From Candidatus Kerfeldbacteria bacterium (GTDB lineage: Bacteria; Patescibacteriota; Patescibacteriia; UBA9570; XYC2-FULL-38-9), in the NCBI GenBank assembly GCA_016182555.1, contig JACPGJ010000008.1, positions 299,147 to 363,146 on the forward strand: 64,000 nucleotides of DNA. The letters run 5' to 3'. Made by a program: the position numbers and the translations under genes. Numbering within the stretch: position 1 is the first letter of the stretch; each line of letters begins with the position of its first letter. Below the pieces are notes generated by a model that saw nothing but the letters and a program-made list of their open reading frames with translations, made no database searches and was not told the origin of the DNA. Positions 39,601-47,354 of this stretch are shown here, piece by piece.

Positions 39601-40205
39601 CGATCAGAAACACAGACAGAAAGATTGGCATTCGTGACCAAACCCATGGTGCGTTTTACGGTAATAAACTCTTCAATGTCTGGGTGATCGTCATTCAGCA
39701 TTAACATCAGTGCACCGCGGCGAGATCCACCTTGAATCACCAAGCCAGTCGCATGCGAATACAACCCACCAAAAGACACCGCACCAGAAGCAGTACCATT
39801 CACTCCTTTGACATACGCACCACGTGGACGCAGTGAAGAAAGGTTCACACCCACGCCGCCACCACGAGACATAATTTCGACCATGGTTTTCACTGAATCA
39901 AAAATGCCACCGCGACTATCTTCTGGAGATGGGATGACATAACAATTATAGAATGTGAGGTCTACACCAGAACCGGCGCCAGCCAAAATACGACCACCGG
40001 GTAAAAACTTGAATCCTTCCAAAGCCTGATAAAACTTCTCTTCCCATTCTTTCTTTTTTTCAACCGTGGTTTCAATGCTGGCAATACCGCGAGCAACGCG
40101 GTGCCACATCTGTTCGGGGGTATCTTCAACACGACTCCCGTTTTCATCTTTGAGTGCGTAGCGATCAAAAAACACTTTTTGGCGCAATCCAGTAAGGTGC
40201 TCCAT
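36681..40205 (-). CDS. nrdJ: Adenosylcobalamin-dependent (class II) ribonucleotide reductase NrdJ, interrupted by a 371-aa intein
   Basis: Active-site motif split as ...ICVNP | CVTGDTRV...LIVHN | CGEQGL (NPCGEQ of class II RNR). The gene start (40203-40205) was confirmed by eye to be cat/ATG. C-terminal CxxC...CxxC tail (CPECGS...CMMCHGCGYSKCA). Intein 38286..39398 with LGWFIGDGHF and LQGLFTADGHV. Confidence 0.9.
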   Translation of the reverse strand: MEHLTGLRQKVFFDRYALKDENGSRVEDTPEQMWHRVARGIASIETTVEKKKEWEEKFYQALEGFKFLPGGRILAGAGSGVDLTFYNCYVIPSPEDSRGGIFDSVKTMVEIMSRGGGVGVNLSSLRPRGAYVKGVNGTASGAVSFGGLYSHATGLVIQGGSRRGALMLMLNDDHPDIEEFITVKRTMGLVTNANLSVCVSDRFMEAVEQNGDWDLKWGGKVYKTIKARTLWDLICESAHASGEPGLVFMERYNKESNTWYFEKIICVNPCVTGDTRVSTTDGLKTIKALYEAQQQVNLTIDSRLGAQSTERTSQIIETGIKDVYRLQTKEGYELKLTANHQVRTARGWVEAQHLQTGDQILLLDRVGGFGTTGDQSWGQVLGWFIGDGHFNQSKHTAVLSFFGEEKREVAPRLVQAVNGAINASTNNTNGKHSSVAVTVAEVAGRDEARISSQRLNQIFTNVGMTVESKLRVPQPVWEGTAEMQKGFLQGLFTADGHVAGSPEKGVSIRLTSISEDLLKEVQQLLLNFGIVSRLYANRRMEQVRELPDGRGGLASYPCQAQHDLVISKAGLKIFATSVGFLSSAKQQKLTKLLSQYTDGPYTQKFVATFVGLEHLGQEMVYDLTEPVTHSFAANGLIVHNCGEQGLGAWSVCNLGAVNLAAFVNDGVFDTAALKETVHTAIRFLDNVIDSTPYFFKENEEMQKKIRRTGLGTMGLGDALIKMKIRYGSEEAVAWCEEVYRVIRDESYRMSMEIAKEKGAFPGFESEKYMQGKFIQRLPRDLQADIAQFGVRNAVILTQAPTGTTSILAGVSSGIEPVYDFAFKRKDRLGEHIVYHPLYEEWRKAHPNVPEEEKPAYFVSAKELSPMEHVNMQAVAQKYTDSSISKTVNAPNEHTMEQVKELYMQAYKMGCKGVTYYRDGSRDISVLESLDKKDAGDKKEVKKEEVQTAVPAQFAAAAPAVAQPMNTGPGLTPPSPRSRPEMVPGFTYKIKTGYGTMFVTINHDEAGRPFEVFATIGKSGGFFAAKSEAICRLVSLALRSGIPVETVVDQIKGIRGPAPTWGKNGQILSIADAIAQVLANHVNSAQGTLNLQFAATPAPLQTADELLGNSSPVKTQESVTVTQTDTATTHQTTISMKASSIADAGVAPECPECGSVLAMAEGCMMCHGCGYSKCA
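38286..39398 (-). mobile_element. NrdJ intein at the catalytic-cysteine site, with LAGLIDADG endonuclease domain
   Basis: Residues 270-640 of the ORF; junction codons verified manually (tgc 39396-39398; aat 38286-38288, tgt 38283-38285). Confidence 0.85.
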
Positions 40206-40279
40206 AAATAGTAACGAATTTAGCGAGTTATATAGGTTTGGCGTGATGCAAGCATCATATCAAACCGGTATCTCCCGTT

Positions 40280-40295
40280 TTACTATATATAGTGT
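40280..40295. promoter_or_regulatory. NrdR box 1 upstream of nrdJ
   Basis: ttACTATATATAGTGt matches the NrdR-box consensus acaCwAtATaTwGtgt at 14/16 positions. Confidence 0.7.
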
Positions 40296-40311
40296 TTATT
40301 TATTGCTGTGG

Positions 40312-40327
40312 TGCCTATATATAGTAT
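40312..40327. promoter_or_regulatory. NrdR box 2 upstream of nrdJ
   Basis: tgcCTATATATAGTat; centre 32 bp from box 1, matching the typical tandem spacing of NrdR boxes. Confidence 0.6.
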
Positions 40328-40379
40328 TTTCTCTAGTGCTGTTGTATTCTAGCATATTTCTTTTTGAGTCACAATTATC

Positions 40380-40400
40380 AAAAAACCGCCTTTCGGCGAC
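40380..40400 (-). terminator. Possible short intrinsic terminator after cobO (minus strand)
   Basis: Minus strand CGCC-GAAA-GGCG followed by GTTTTTT; only a 4-bp stem. Confidence 0.3.
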
Positions 40401-40470
40401 TTCGATGTGGATAAGTCTTACTTTATCCTGTGACACCACTATATATGGTGGTGTATACGCTGTCAGCTTT

Positions 40471-41037
40471 CTAATGCTCAACACCAAAACGCGGAATAAA
40501 ATCTTCACCGTATGGACTTTTTGTGGTCGTCATCACCGTAATTAAATCTGCTGCATTTAATAACTCTTTAGGAGCATTCCGACCAGTCAGTATCACCTCT
40601 GTTTCCTGATGCTTATTATCTAAAAAATCCAACATATCAGTCGTTTTAATCAACCCATGGTGCATGGCCGTATTCACTTCATCAAGAATCAAAATATCTG
40701 GGCGTTTCATCACCATGGCTCGCCGTGCATAATCCAACCCTTGGTTTGCCAAGTAGACATCCATAGCGGACGGATCGTGCAAATTCGTGAATTCTGGTGT
40801 ACCGAACTGAACAATATCTACATACGGTTTTAAACGATCATGCGCCAAGAGTTCACCAAAATCTTTATGGCCCTTGAGAAATTGAATCACTAGTACATTC
40901 ATCTTTGCTCCGGCTGCACGAAGAGCTACGCCCAACGCTGCGGTCGTCTTGCCTTTTCCATCACCCGTATACACATGGATATAGCCCAAGCGTTTTTTCG
41001 GGTTGAATTCGTTTGTGGGTCGTTTATGCCAATACAT
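40471..41037 (-). CDS. cobO: Cob(I)alamin adenosyltransferase (CobO/BtuR family)
   Basis: P-loop YTGDGKGKTTAALG and overall 188-aa CobA/CobO architecture. Confidence 0.85.
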   Translation of the reverse strand: MYWHKRPTNEFNPKKRLGYIHVYTGDGKGKTTAALGVALRAAGAKMNVLVIQFLKGHKDFGELLAHDRLKPYVDIVQFGTPEFTNLHDPSAMDVYLANQGLDYARRAMVMKRPDILILDEVNTAMHHGLIKTTDMLDFLDNKHQETEVILTGRNAPKELLNAADLITVMTTTKSPYGEDFIPRFGVEH

Positions 41038-41039
41038 AG

Positions 41040-41522
41040 TTACCCCTTCTTTTTACCATATTTTCTCTGTTTTGGGGAGAGCTTCTTCAGTGCATCAGCA
41101 AACTCGTCCACATCTTCAAATGAACGATACACAGAAGCAAAACGAATATACGCTACTTTATCTAATTTTCGTAAGTATTTCATCGCGATTTCTCCAATAG
41201 TCGTCGTAGAAATATGATCCTTTCTGGCTTTTGCTTGTATTTCTTGTTCAATTTGTTGCACTACCCGTTTAAGGCGTTCTGGAGAAATAGGGCGTTTTTG
41301 TAAAGGTAATTTCAAACTGCGAACGAGCTTCTCTTTATCATACGCTTCTTGGGTACCGTTCACCTTATCTACAGTCAACGTCAAAATTTCAATTTCTTCA
41401 ATGGTAGAATAGCGAAAATGACAACTTGGGCACTCCCTGCGTCGTCGAATAGTTGAACCATCTTCAATCACGCGAGTATCAATAACTCGAGTGTCTTCAG
41501 TGTGGCAGGACAAGCAGCGCAT
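41040..41522 (-). CDS. nrdR: Transcriptional repressor NrdR
   Basis: Zn ribbon MRCLSCHTEDTRVIDTR...CPSCHFRYSTIEEIE plus ATP-cone (KRPISPERLKRVVQQIEQEI). Confidence 0.95.
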   Translation of the reverse strand: MRCLSCHTEDTRVIDTRVIEDGSTIRRRRECPSCHFRYSTIEEIEILTLTVDKVNGTQEAYDKEKLVRSLKLPLQKRPISPERLKRVVQQIEQEIQAKARKDHISTTTIGEIAMKYLRKLDKVAYIRFASVYRSFEDVDEFADALKKLSPKQRKYGKKKG

Positions 41523-41541
41523 AATTATGTAATCATAGTTA

Positions 41542-43230
41542 CTACCTGGGATTTAAACTCTGTAGTGTTGCTTCTTGAGGAGGTTGTTCATTCAATAATA
41601 CAGTTTTGATAAGTGAAAAAAATATATCTGAATATTTCTCCCATAACGCATAGAGAATAACACTAGCATCGTCCCGAACAGCAGAATCAACAGTGTAGCC
41701 ACTATTGACCAGCATGGCATCCATCAAAGCAATATCCACCGCCCCTCCTCGTTGAATGGCATCTCTACCCCGTTTAGTAGTTGCTACAACATCGCTCAAA
41801 GATTCCGGACGGACAATGCCTGGTTTCAAAACACGTTTTTTGCCATTCATATTTGCTGCCCAAAATGTTCCGTTGACTTGTGTAATATTTTTATCACCGT
41901 TCGGTTCTTGGCCTATCACTAATCCAGATTGTTGCACTGGAATTCCCGGTATAGCCTCTATCGTTTGATTAATATCGGCAATACGTTTTACTTCTTTCAG
42001 CAATTTTTCTGCTGTTCTTTGATTTAAAAAATCTGGATTAAAGAAAACTTGAATATGAGCTTGCTCTACTACTAAGCCCAAAAAATCAACTGTATGCCTC
42101 ACGAACTCTTGCAAACCCGACACACCACATCCTCTATGAAGATATTCAGCACGTGCGGAAGACGCAACATTTCTTATCCTTGCTACATCCACTGCAATAG
42201 GCTGATATCCTTTTTTAGACATTTCTGCATCTTGTCTTGCTAAAACGTCGGAGACTGTTAAAGCATTTTGAGTTGTAGAATTTTTAGAAACTTTATTAGT
42301 GTGTAGAACTACTACTCTATATGCTGAATCGGCAACTTGTTCATGATCTTCACCGTCATGGGTAACCTGTGCAAGGGCATCTCTCACAGTACACACCTGT
42401 TGCAACCCAGGAACTGTTTCCGGTATATTTGTGGATTCTAAATTTTGTATGCTCTCTTTCAGTAATGGATAATAATAATCTCTAATAGCGGCATTTAAAA
42501 GTGCATGGCATTCCTGCCTATCCGCAATCATATTTTCTTCTGTTTGTTTCAATGCATTCTTGTTTTCCAAAAAAACATAACGAATCGCTTGCAAAACTTC
42601 TGATAATTGCTGCACCACTGCTTGAATATTTTTTGTATCTACATGTATCAATGCATGAAAACGTCGTACTCTTGCTTCAGTGCGTTTTGGAACAATGTGT
42701 TGACCAAAAAATTCCATAACTGCAGCAGGCGCGGAATCAGAAAATCCAACAGTAGCTAAACTATCCAGAAGCGTTTCTTCCCATAGATGATGTTGTATTG
42801 GATCTCCGCCTTCACTCGACAGCGGTAACGGCATATCGAGTATTTGTTTCAGGCTGATTAATAGAGTTTTTAATTGTTGTTCGTATGCCTTATTTTTTGC
42901 ATTTCCTGTTTGTGTGCGTGAATATTCCGCAAGAAGTTGATCAAGAATAATCACACGGCGCAGCAGCGATTTTTTTAAAGCCCATGTTGCTTCAGCCTCT
43001 GGATTAGACTGTGTCAATTGTTGACCCAATAAATCCAATTCACATAAAATAGTTTGATCAGCTTCGACAATCCCCTGCTGCAATCGCTCTGGATCACACG
43101 CAGGAATCTGGCGAATTGCTTGTTCGAATGCTACTGCTGACTGTCCTGCTTTGTTTCTTTCTCTTCGTGTTGGTAATTCAGACATAAAAATAGCGATAGT
43201 GTTCTTTCTACTATTGAAATCTGTATACAA
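41542..43230 (-). CDS. Hypothetical 562-aa cytoplasmic protein of unknown function
   Basis: No TM, no signal peptide, no motif I recognise; patches of ~27-32% GC. Wedged between ftsZ and nrdR with 5-19 nt spacers. Confidence 0.5.
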   Translation of the reverse strand: MYTDFNSRKNTIAIFMSELPTRRERNKAGQSAVAFEQAIRQIPACDPERLQQGIVEADQTILCELDLLGQQLTQSNPEAEATWALKKSLLRRVIILDQLLAEYSRTQTGNAKNKAYEQQLKTLLISLKQILDMPLPLSSEGGDPIQHHLWEETLLDSLATVGFSDSAPAAVMEFFGQHIVPKRTEARVRRFHALIHVDTKNIQAVVQQLSEVLQAIRYVFLENKNALKQTEENMIADRQECHALLNAAIRDYYYPLLKESIQNLESTNIPETVPGLQQVCTVRDALAQVTHDGEDHEQVADSAYRVVVLHTNKVSKNSTTQNALTVSDVLARQDAEMSKKGYQPIAVDVARIRNVASSARAEYLHRGCGVSGLQEFVRHTVDFLGLVVEQAHIQVFFNPDFLNQRTAEKLLKEVKRIADINQTIEAIPGIPVQQSGLVIGQEPNGDKNITQVNGTFWAANMNGKKRVLKPGIVRPESLSDVVATTKRGRDAIQRGGAVDIALMDAMLVNSGYTVDSAVRDDASVILYALWEKYSDIFFSLIKTVLLNEQPPQEATLQSLNPR

Positions 43231-43235
43231 TAAAC

Positions 43236-44399
43236 CTACATCATCTTCTTTCTAATGAAGGCTGGGATATCTAAATCTGAATCATCAGAATTATCGACTT
43301 TATCTTGATCCATAATAGACCGAGCAGCTGGAGCAGATGAAGATGGTGCTGGTGTGGAAGCAGATTGTGGCTGTTCATCCATGCTACGGTTCAAACTGCT
43401 GATATCACGAAATGGATTCGAAGCCTGTATTTTTGTTGTAGAACGAGCAACATTACCGAAACCCGTGGCCACGACCGTCACCTTCAACTCATCTTTCATA
43501 CTTTCATCAATAACTGAACCGAAAATAATGCGCGCGTTCGGGTCAGCAGATTCGGTAATAATCCGTGCCGCTTCATTCACTTCAAACATACCCAAATTTG
43601 CTCCACCCGTGATGGTAAACAGAATTCCCTTCGCGCCATCAATGGACATTTCAAGTAATGGGCTGTCGATGGCTGCTTTAGCGGCGTCAATTGCGCGATT
43701 TTCGCCACTCGCTTGACCGATGCCCATGAGGGCAGAACCGGCGTTGGACATGACGGACTTCACATCGGCAAAGTCGACGTTGATTAAACCCGGAACGGTG
43801 ATTAAATCAGAAATACCTTGCACACCTTGGCGCAGTACTTCATCCACAATACCAAACGCTTCAAGCAAAGATGTTTTCTTATCAATAATTTGGAGTAAGC
43901 GGTCATTCGGAATAGTAATGATGGTATCTACTTGTTCAGAGAGTTGATGATAAGCCGCTTCCGCAATTTGCCGACGTTGTGCTCCTTCAAATTCAAATGG
44001 TTTTGTCACAACAGCGACAGTAAGCGCACCAGCTTCGCGAGCAAGTTGCGCTACACGTGGCCCAGCGCCAGAACCCGTACCTCCACCCAAACCACAGGTA
44101 ATGAACACCATATCTGCACCTTTGATGGCTTCTTTAATTTCATCTTGGTTTTCTTCGGCCGCCTTATATCCCATTTCCGGATCCATACCCGCACCTAACC
44201 CACGAGTGGTGGTTTGGCCAATATGAATTTTCTGTTTTGCTGGCGAATGATGCAATGCTTGGGCATCCGTATTCACAGCGATAAATTCCACGCCTTTGAG
44301 TCCGGCGTCGATCATACGTGAGATGGCTGAACCTCCTGAACCACCAACACCGATCACTTTAATTTTGGCAAAGGTTTCGATTGCTGGTTTCACTTCCAT
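43236..44399 (-). CDS. ftsZ: Cell division GTPase FtsZ
   Basis: [13 protein letters not shown], tubulin signature [11 protein letters not shown]-terminal conserved tail DIPAFIRKK. Confidence 0.97.
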   Translation of the reverse strand: MEVKPAIETFAKIKVIGVGGSGGSAISRMIDAGLKGVEFIAVNTDAQALHHSPAKQKIHIGQTTTRGLGAGMDPEMGYKAAEENQDEIKEAIKGADMVFITCGLGGGTGSGAGPRVAQLAREAGALTVAVVTKPFEFEGAQRRQIAEAAYHQLSEQVDTIITIPNDRLLQIIDKKTSLLEAFGIVDEVLRQGVQGISDLITVPGLINVDFADVKSVMSNAGSALMGIGQASGENRAIDAAKAAIDSPLLEMSIDGAKGILFTITGGANLGMFEVNEAARIITESADPNARIIFGSVIDESMKDELKVTVVATGFGNVARSTTKIQASNPFRDISSLNRSMDEQPQSASTPAPSSSAPAARSIMDQDKVDNSDDSDLDIPAFIRKKMM

Positions 44400-44436
44400 A
44401 AAATAATTGTCGTGTTTAATTTTTTCTGATTTATTA

Positions 44437-44545
44437 TGTGTACAAAAAATGTATTCAGTTTGTACAATGAAAAAAATCTACGATCACATTCTACAATATA
44501 TGCCAAAATATGACAAGTCTTCTTGTATACAAAATGTATTCAGTT
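44437..44545. repeat. Two ~22-bp direct repeats (TACAAAA(A)ATGTATTCAGTT) containing TGTACA/TGTATACA palindromes, in the ftsZ upstream region
   Basis: Copy 1 at 44437-44460, copy 2 at 44524-44545; a further TGTACA at 44462-44467. Confidence 0.6.
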
Positions 44546-44699
44546 GAATGTTGAAATAACCACTTGAATTATTTGATGACTTACCAGTGTTCGAATTGAA
44601 TTTAGAAAATCAGTCATAACAATTGATTACTCTTGATCGAATACCAACAGCTTTAGCCCGAAGAGGAAACTTAACTTGACAGTACGTGGTTCGCGCACA

Positions 44700-44927
44700 T
44701 TATTTTCTTCTCAATGCATCGTACTCCTTAACTGAAATTTGAATATCATTCAATATTTTTCGTAACAATCCACGACTAATTTCTTTGTTGTGAACAGGAA
44801 CAACAGTTGTACGGCCATCGGCGTGTCTAAAAAAAACATGCGAACCTTCAGCGTCTCTTTGTACAAAGCCTAACTTCAACAGTATTTTAATAAAAGGTTT
44901 TGGTTTAATCGGAACCAATTTAGGCAT
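44700..44927 (-). CDS. hicA: Type II toxin HicA (mRNA interferase)
   Basis: 75 aa; KILLKLGFVQRDAEGSHVFFRHADGRTTVVPVHNKEISRGLLRKIL is the HicA/YcfA family signature. Confidence 0.85.
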   Translation of the reverse strand: MPKLVPIKPKPFIKILLKLGFVQRDAEGSHVFFRHADGRTTVVPVHNKEISRGLLRKILNDIQISVKEYDALRRK

Positions 44928-45156
44928 GTGAAAATTCTAGATTTTGGATACCTACAAAACGATGTTTTTTTATTTCTTCGGTATCATCATTACGGAGACA
45001 CAATTTAATAACTTCTGATAAATTTTTTAACATTTCTTCTTGCGTATCTCCTTGTGCGTGACAACCAGAAAGAGCGGGTATAGAACCAATAAAAACACTA
45101 TCCTCGTCTTGTTCAATATAAACAGTGAATTGTAGATTTTTAGAATATTTTTTCAT
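44920..45156 (-). CDS. hicB: Type II antitoxin HicB (UPF0150 family)
   Basis: 78 aa; FTVYIEQDEDSVFIGSIPALSGCHAQGDTQEEMLKNLSEVIKLCL matches the HicB N-domain; overlaps hicA by 8 nt. Confidence 0.8.
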   Translation of the reverse strand: MKKYSKNLQFTVYIEQDEDSVFIGSIPALSGCHAQGDTQEEMLKNLSEVIKLCLRNDDTEEIKKHRFVGIQNLEFSHA

Positions 45157-45262
45157 ATACTTTATACTACCACAGAAAAAAAATAATGCAAACTACGGTA
45201 ACAGTGACTACGCAGGCGAACGACCATTCGACAGACTCAGGATGACAAACCGAATCGCACAA

Positions 45263-46513
45263 TTACGGCATCAAGGATTTAAACCACTTCCCCATTTTAC
45301 TGGTCACGTTTGCGACAGAAGAAAAATTGGTAATGCTTGGGCGGTTCAGGCCAGCATGCAACCCATGGCCCCACTGCACCAACCCAACAGCTGTGGCAAA
45401 AACAGGGTCTTGGACTTTATCAATCGCTGTTTGAATATTGAGCGGTGTGCCAATAGATGCAGATGTTCGGAAATGATCTTTGGCCATTTCAATAAGACCG
45501 TTCAACTTTGCTCCCCCACCCGTAAACACAATTCCGGCTGGCAATTTACTATCACGGTCCACGGCCTGTAATTCCTTTTTAATCATGTGAAAAATTTCCT
45601 CTATGCGGGCTTGAATAATTTCAGCGACTTCTTTGCGAGAAACTAACACCTGCTCTTTGGCATCGATACTCGCTAAATCAATATCATCATGTTTACTCAC
45701 TTGGTCCGCCAGAGCCGTGCCAAATTGAATCTTCACCGTTTCCGCTACATCAACTGAAGTCCGCAAGCCAATGGCAATATCATTCGTAATATGCCCAGAA
45801 CCGACTGGTAAAATTTTGGTATGAATGACATCGCCTTCTTCAAATACCATCAAGCTCGTGGTTGCACCACCAAAATTGACTAAAGCAACGCCCAAATCTT
45901 TTTGACGCTTTGTTAATACGCTTTCCGAAGCGGCTAAAATTTCCACCACTAAATCATCTACATCTACGCCCGTGCGATAAATAGATTTGGTAATATTTTT
46001 AACTTGTGAAGTCATGCCTAAAATAATCTGTGCATCAACTTCAAGTTTAATACCGGTCATGCCCACTGGATCTTTGATTCCTTTCTGGTCATCCACAGAA
46101 AATGTGCGTGGAATGACATGCAAAATTTCATAATTTGGTGGTGTTGCCACACTTTGAGCGGCTTCAATCACCCGTTCCACATCATCTTCCGCTACTTCGC
46201 CATTCGCTTTTGAAATAGCCACCACACCATGACTTTCTTGCGCAATAACATGCGCGCCATTTACACTCACCAACGCATGCTCAATCGGCACACCGGTCAT
46301 CCGTTCACATTTTTCCAATGCCGAAGAAATGCTCGATACGGCATCTTCAATGCTCGTCACTGTGCCCTTATTAATACCTTCTGCTACTGATTCGGCTGCG
46401 CCAATAACCTGTACCATCTGGCCACCATCAGGAGCCGGTTTCATTTGCGCACTCACCACACGAATAGTGGTGGAACCAATATCGAGGCCGGTGATAATAT
46501 CTTCTCGAGGCAT
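45263..46513 (-). CDS. ftsA: Cell division protein FtsA
   Basis: Actin-like ATPase: GLDIGSTTIRVV ... VNFGGATTSLMVFE ... GIVFTGGGAKLNGL. Confidence 0.95.
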   Translation of the reverse strand: MPREDIITGLDIGSTTIRVVSAQMKPAPDGGQMVQVIGAAESVAEGINKGTVTSIEDAVSSISSALEKCERMTGVPIEHALVSVNGAHVIAQESHGVVAISKANGEVAEDDVERVIEAAQSVATPPNYEILHVIPRTFSVDDQKGIKDPVGMTGIKLEVDAQIILGMTSQVKNITKSIYRTGVDVDDLVVEILAASESVLTKRQKDLGVALVNFGGATTSLMVFEEGDVIHTKILPVGSGHITNDIAIGLRTSVDVAETVKIQFGTALADQVSKHDDIDLASIDAKEQVLVSRKEVAEIIQARIEEIFHMIKKELQAVDRDSKLPAGIVFTGGGAKLNGLIEMAKDHFRTSASIGTPLNIQTAIDKVQDPVFATAVGLVQWGHGLHAGLNRPSITNFSSVANVTSKMGKWFKSLMP

Positions 46514-46570
46514 AAGAAATAATGAATAGAGTTGAGTTCAAATCTTCTCGTGTGAATTATACCATATTTC

Positions 46571-46939
46571 TCACAGCAGCGCTATAACGTAGGGGGTGAA
46601 AATGATGAATCCCACGACAATAGACCCACAAGCGGCCAAAAACACAGCCGCAGCCATCATATCTTTAATAATGGCCACTTCATCATGCAATCGAGGTTTG
46701 AGAATATCGATAAACCGCTCAACAATCGTGTTCAAAATTTCCAAAACCAGCACGGCCACAATCATAAAAATGAGTGCGACGGCTTCTGCTGGTGTCACAC
46801 GGAAAAATACCATAGCCAAAATCACCAAGACACCCATCAGATTTTGTAAACGAAAATTCTGTTCATTGCGGAATGTATACATAAATCCCTTCCATGCATA
46901 CAGGAAACTTTTTCTTAACGTGCGAATGCTAATCCACAT
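46571..46939 (-). CDS. dgkA: Diacylglycerol/undecaprenol kinase (DgkA family)
   Basis: 122 aa, 3 TM, NEQNFRLQ and EILNTIVERFIDI (DgkA E-x-N-T/S-A-I-E motif). Confidence 0.8.
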   Translation of the reverse strand: MWISIRTLRKSFLYAWKGFMYTFRNEQNFRLQNLMGVLVILAMVFFRVTPAEAVALIFMIVAVLVLEILNTIVERFIDILKPRLHDEVAIIKDMMAAAVFLAACGSIVVGFIIFTPYVIALL

Positions 46940-47340
46940 AGGCGTAAAATAGTATGTTCTAATTGTCTCATTTCTCGAGCTTCACGAGCTGACCGTTCAT
47001 GATCCCACCCCAAAATATGGAGAATGCCATGCACCAGCATAAATGCAGCCTCTACTTGAACCGTATGTCCAAATGCTTGTGCTTGAGCACGAATACGATC
47101 AGCGGAAAGCAGAATTTCACCAGAAACATCGCTGTAACGAAACGAAAGTACATCTGTTGGTGTATTTTTATGGCGATAGCGCTGATTAGCTATCTTGATG
47201 GTCGCATCTGAAACAACAGCAATAGAAAAATGAAAAGATGCCGGGATATCGACAGTCTTGCCCGCCGCACGAAACAATTGACGAATCAATGGAGTAGGGA
47301 GAGCAGAAAAACGCACGGCTCGATGAATATCAAATGTCAT
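46915..47340 (-). CDS. ybeY: Endoribonuclease YbeY (rRNA maturation factor)
   Basis: HGILHILGWDHE zinc-binding H3xH5xH motif. Confidence 0.92.
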   Translation of the reverse strand: MTFDIHRAVRFSALPTPLIRQLFRAAGKTVDIPASFHFSIAVVSDATIKIANQRYRHKNTPTDVLSFRYSDVSGEILLSADRIRAQAQAFGHTVQVEAAFMLVHGILHILGWDHERSAREAREMRQLEHTILRLCGLAFAR

Positions 47341-47354
47341 GGAAGAACGACGAT

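Noticed and set aside
44561-44700. GTTCGAAT and GGTTCGCGC strings that looked like tRNA T-loops
   Set aside because: No complementary T-stem, acceptor stem or anticodon arm could be built around them, so no tRNA is called in the window.
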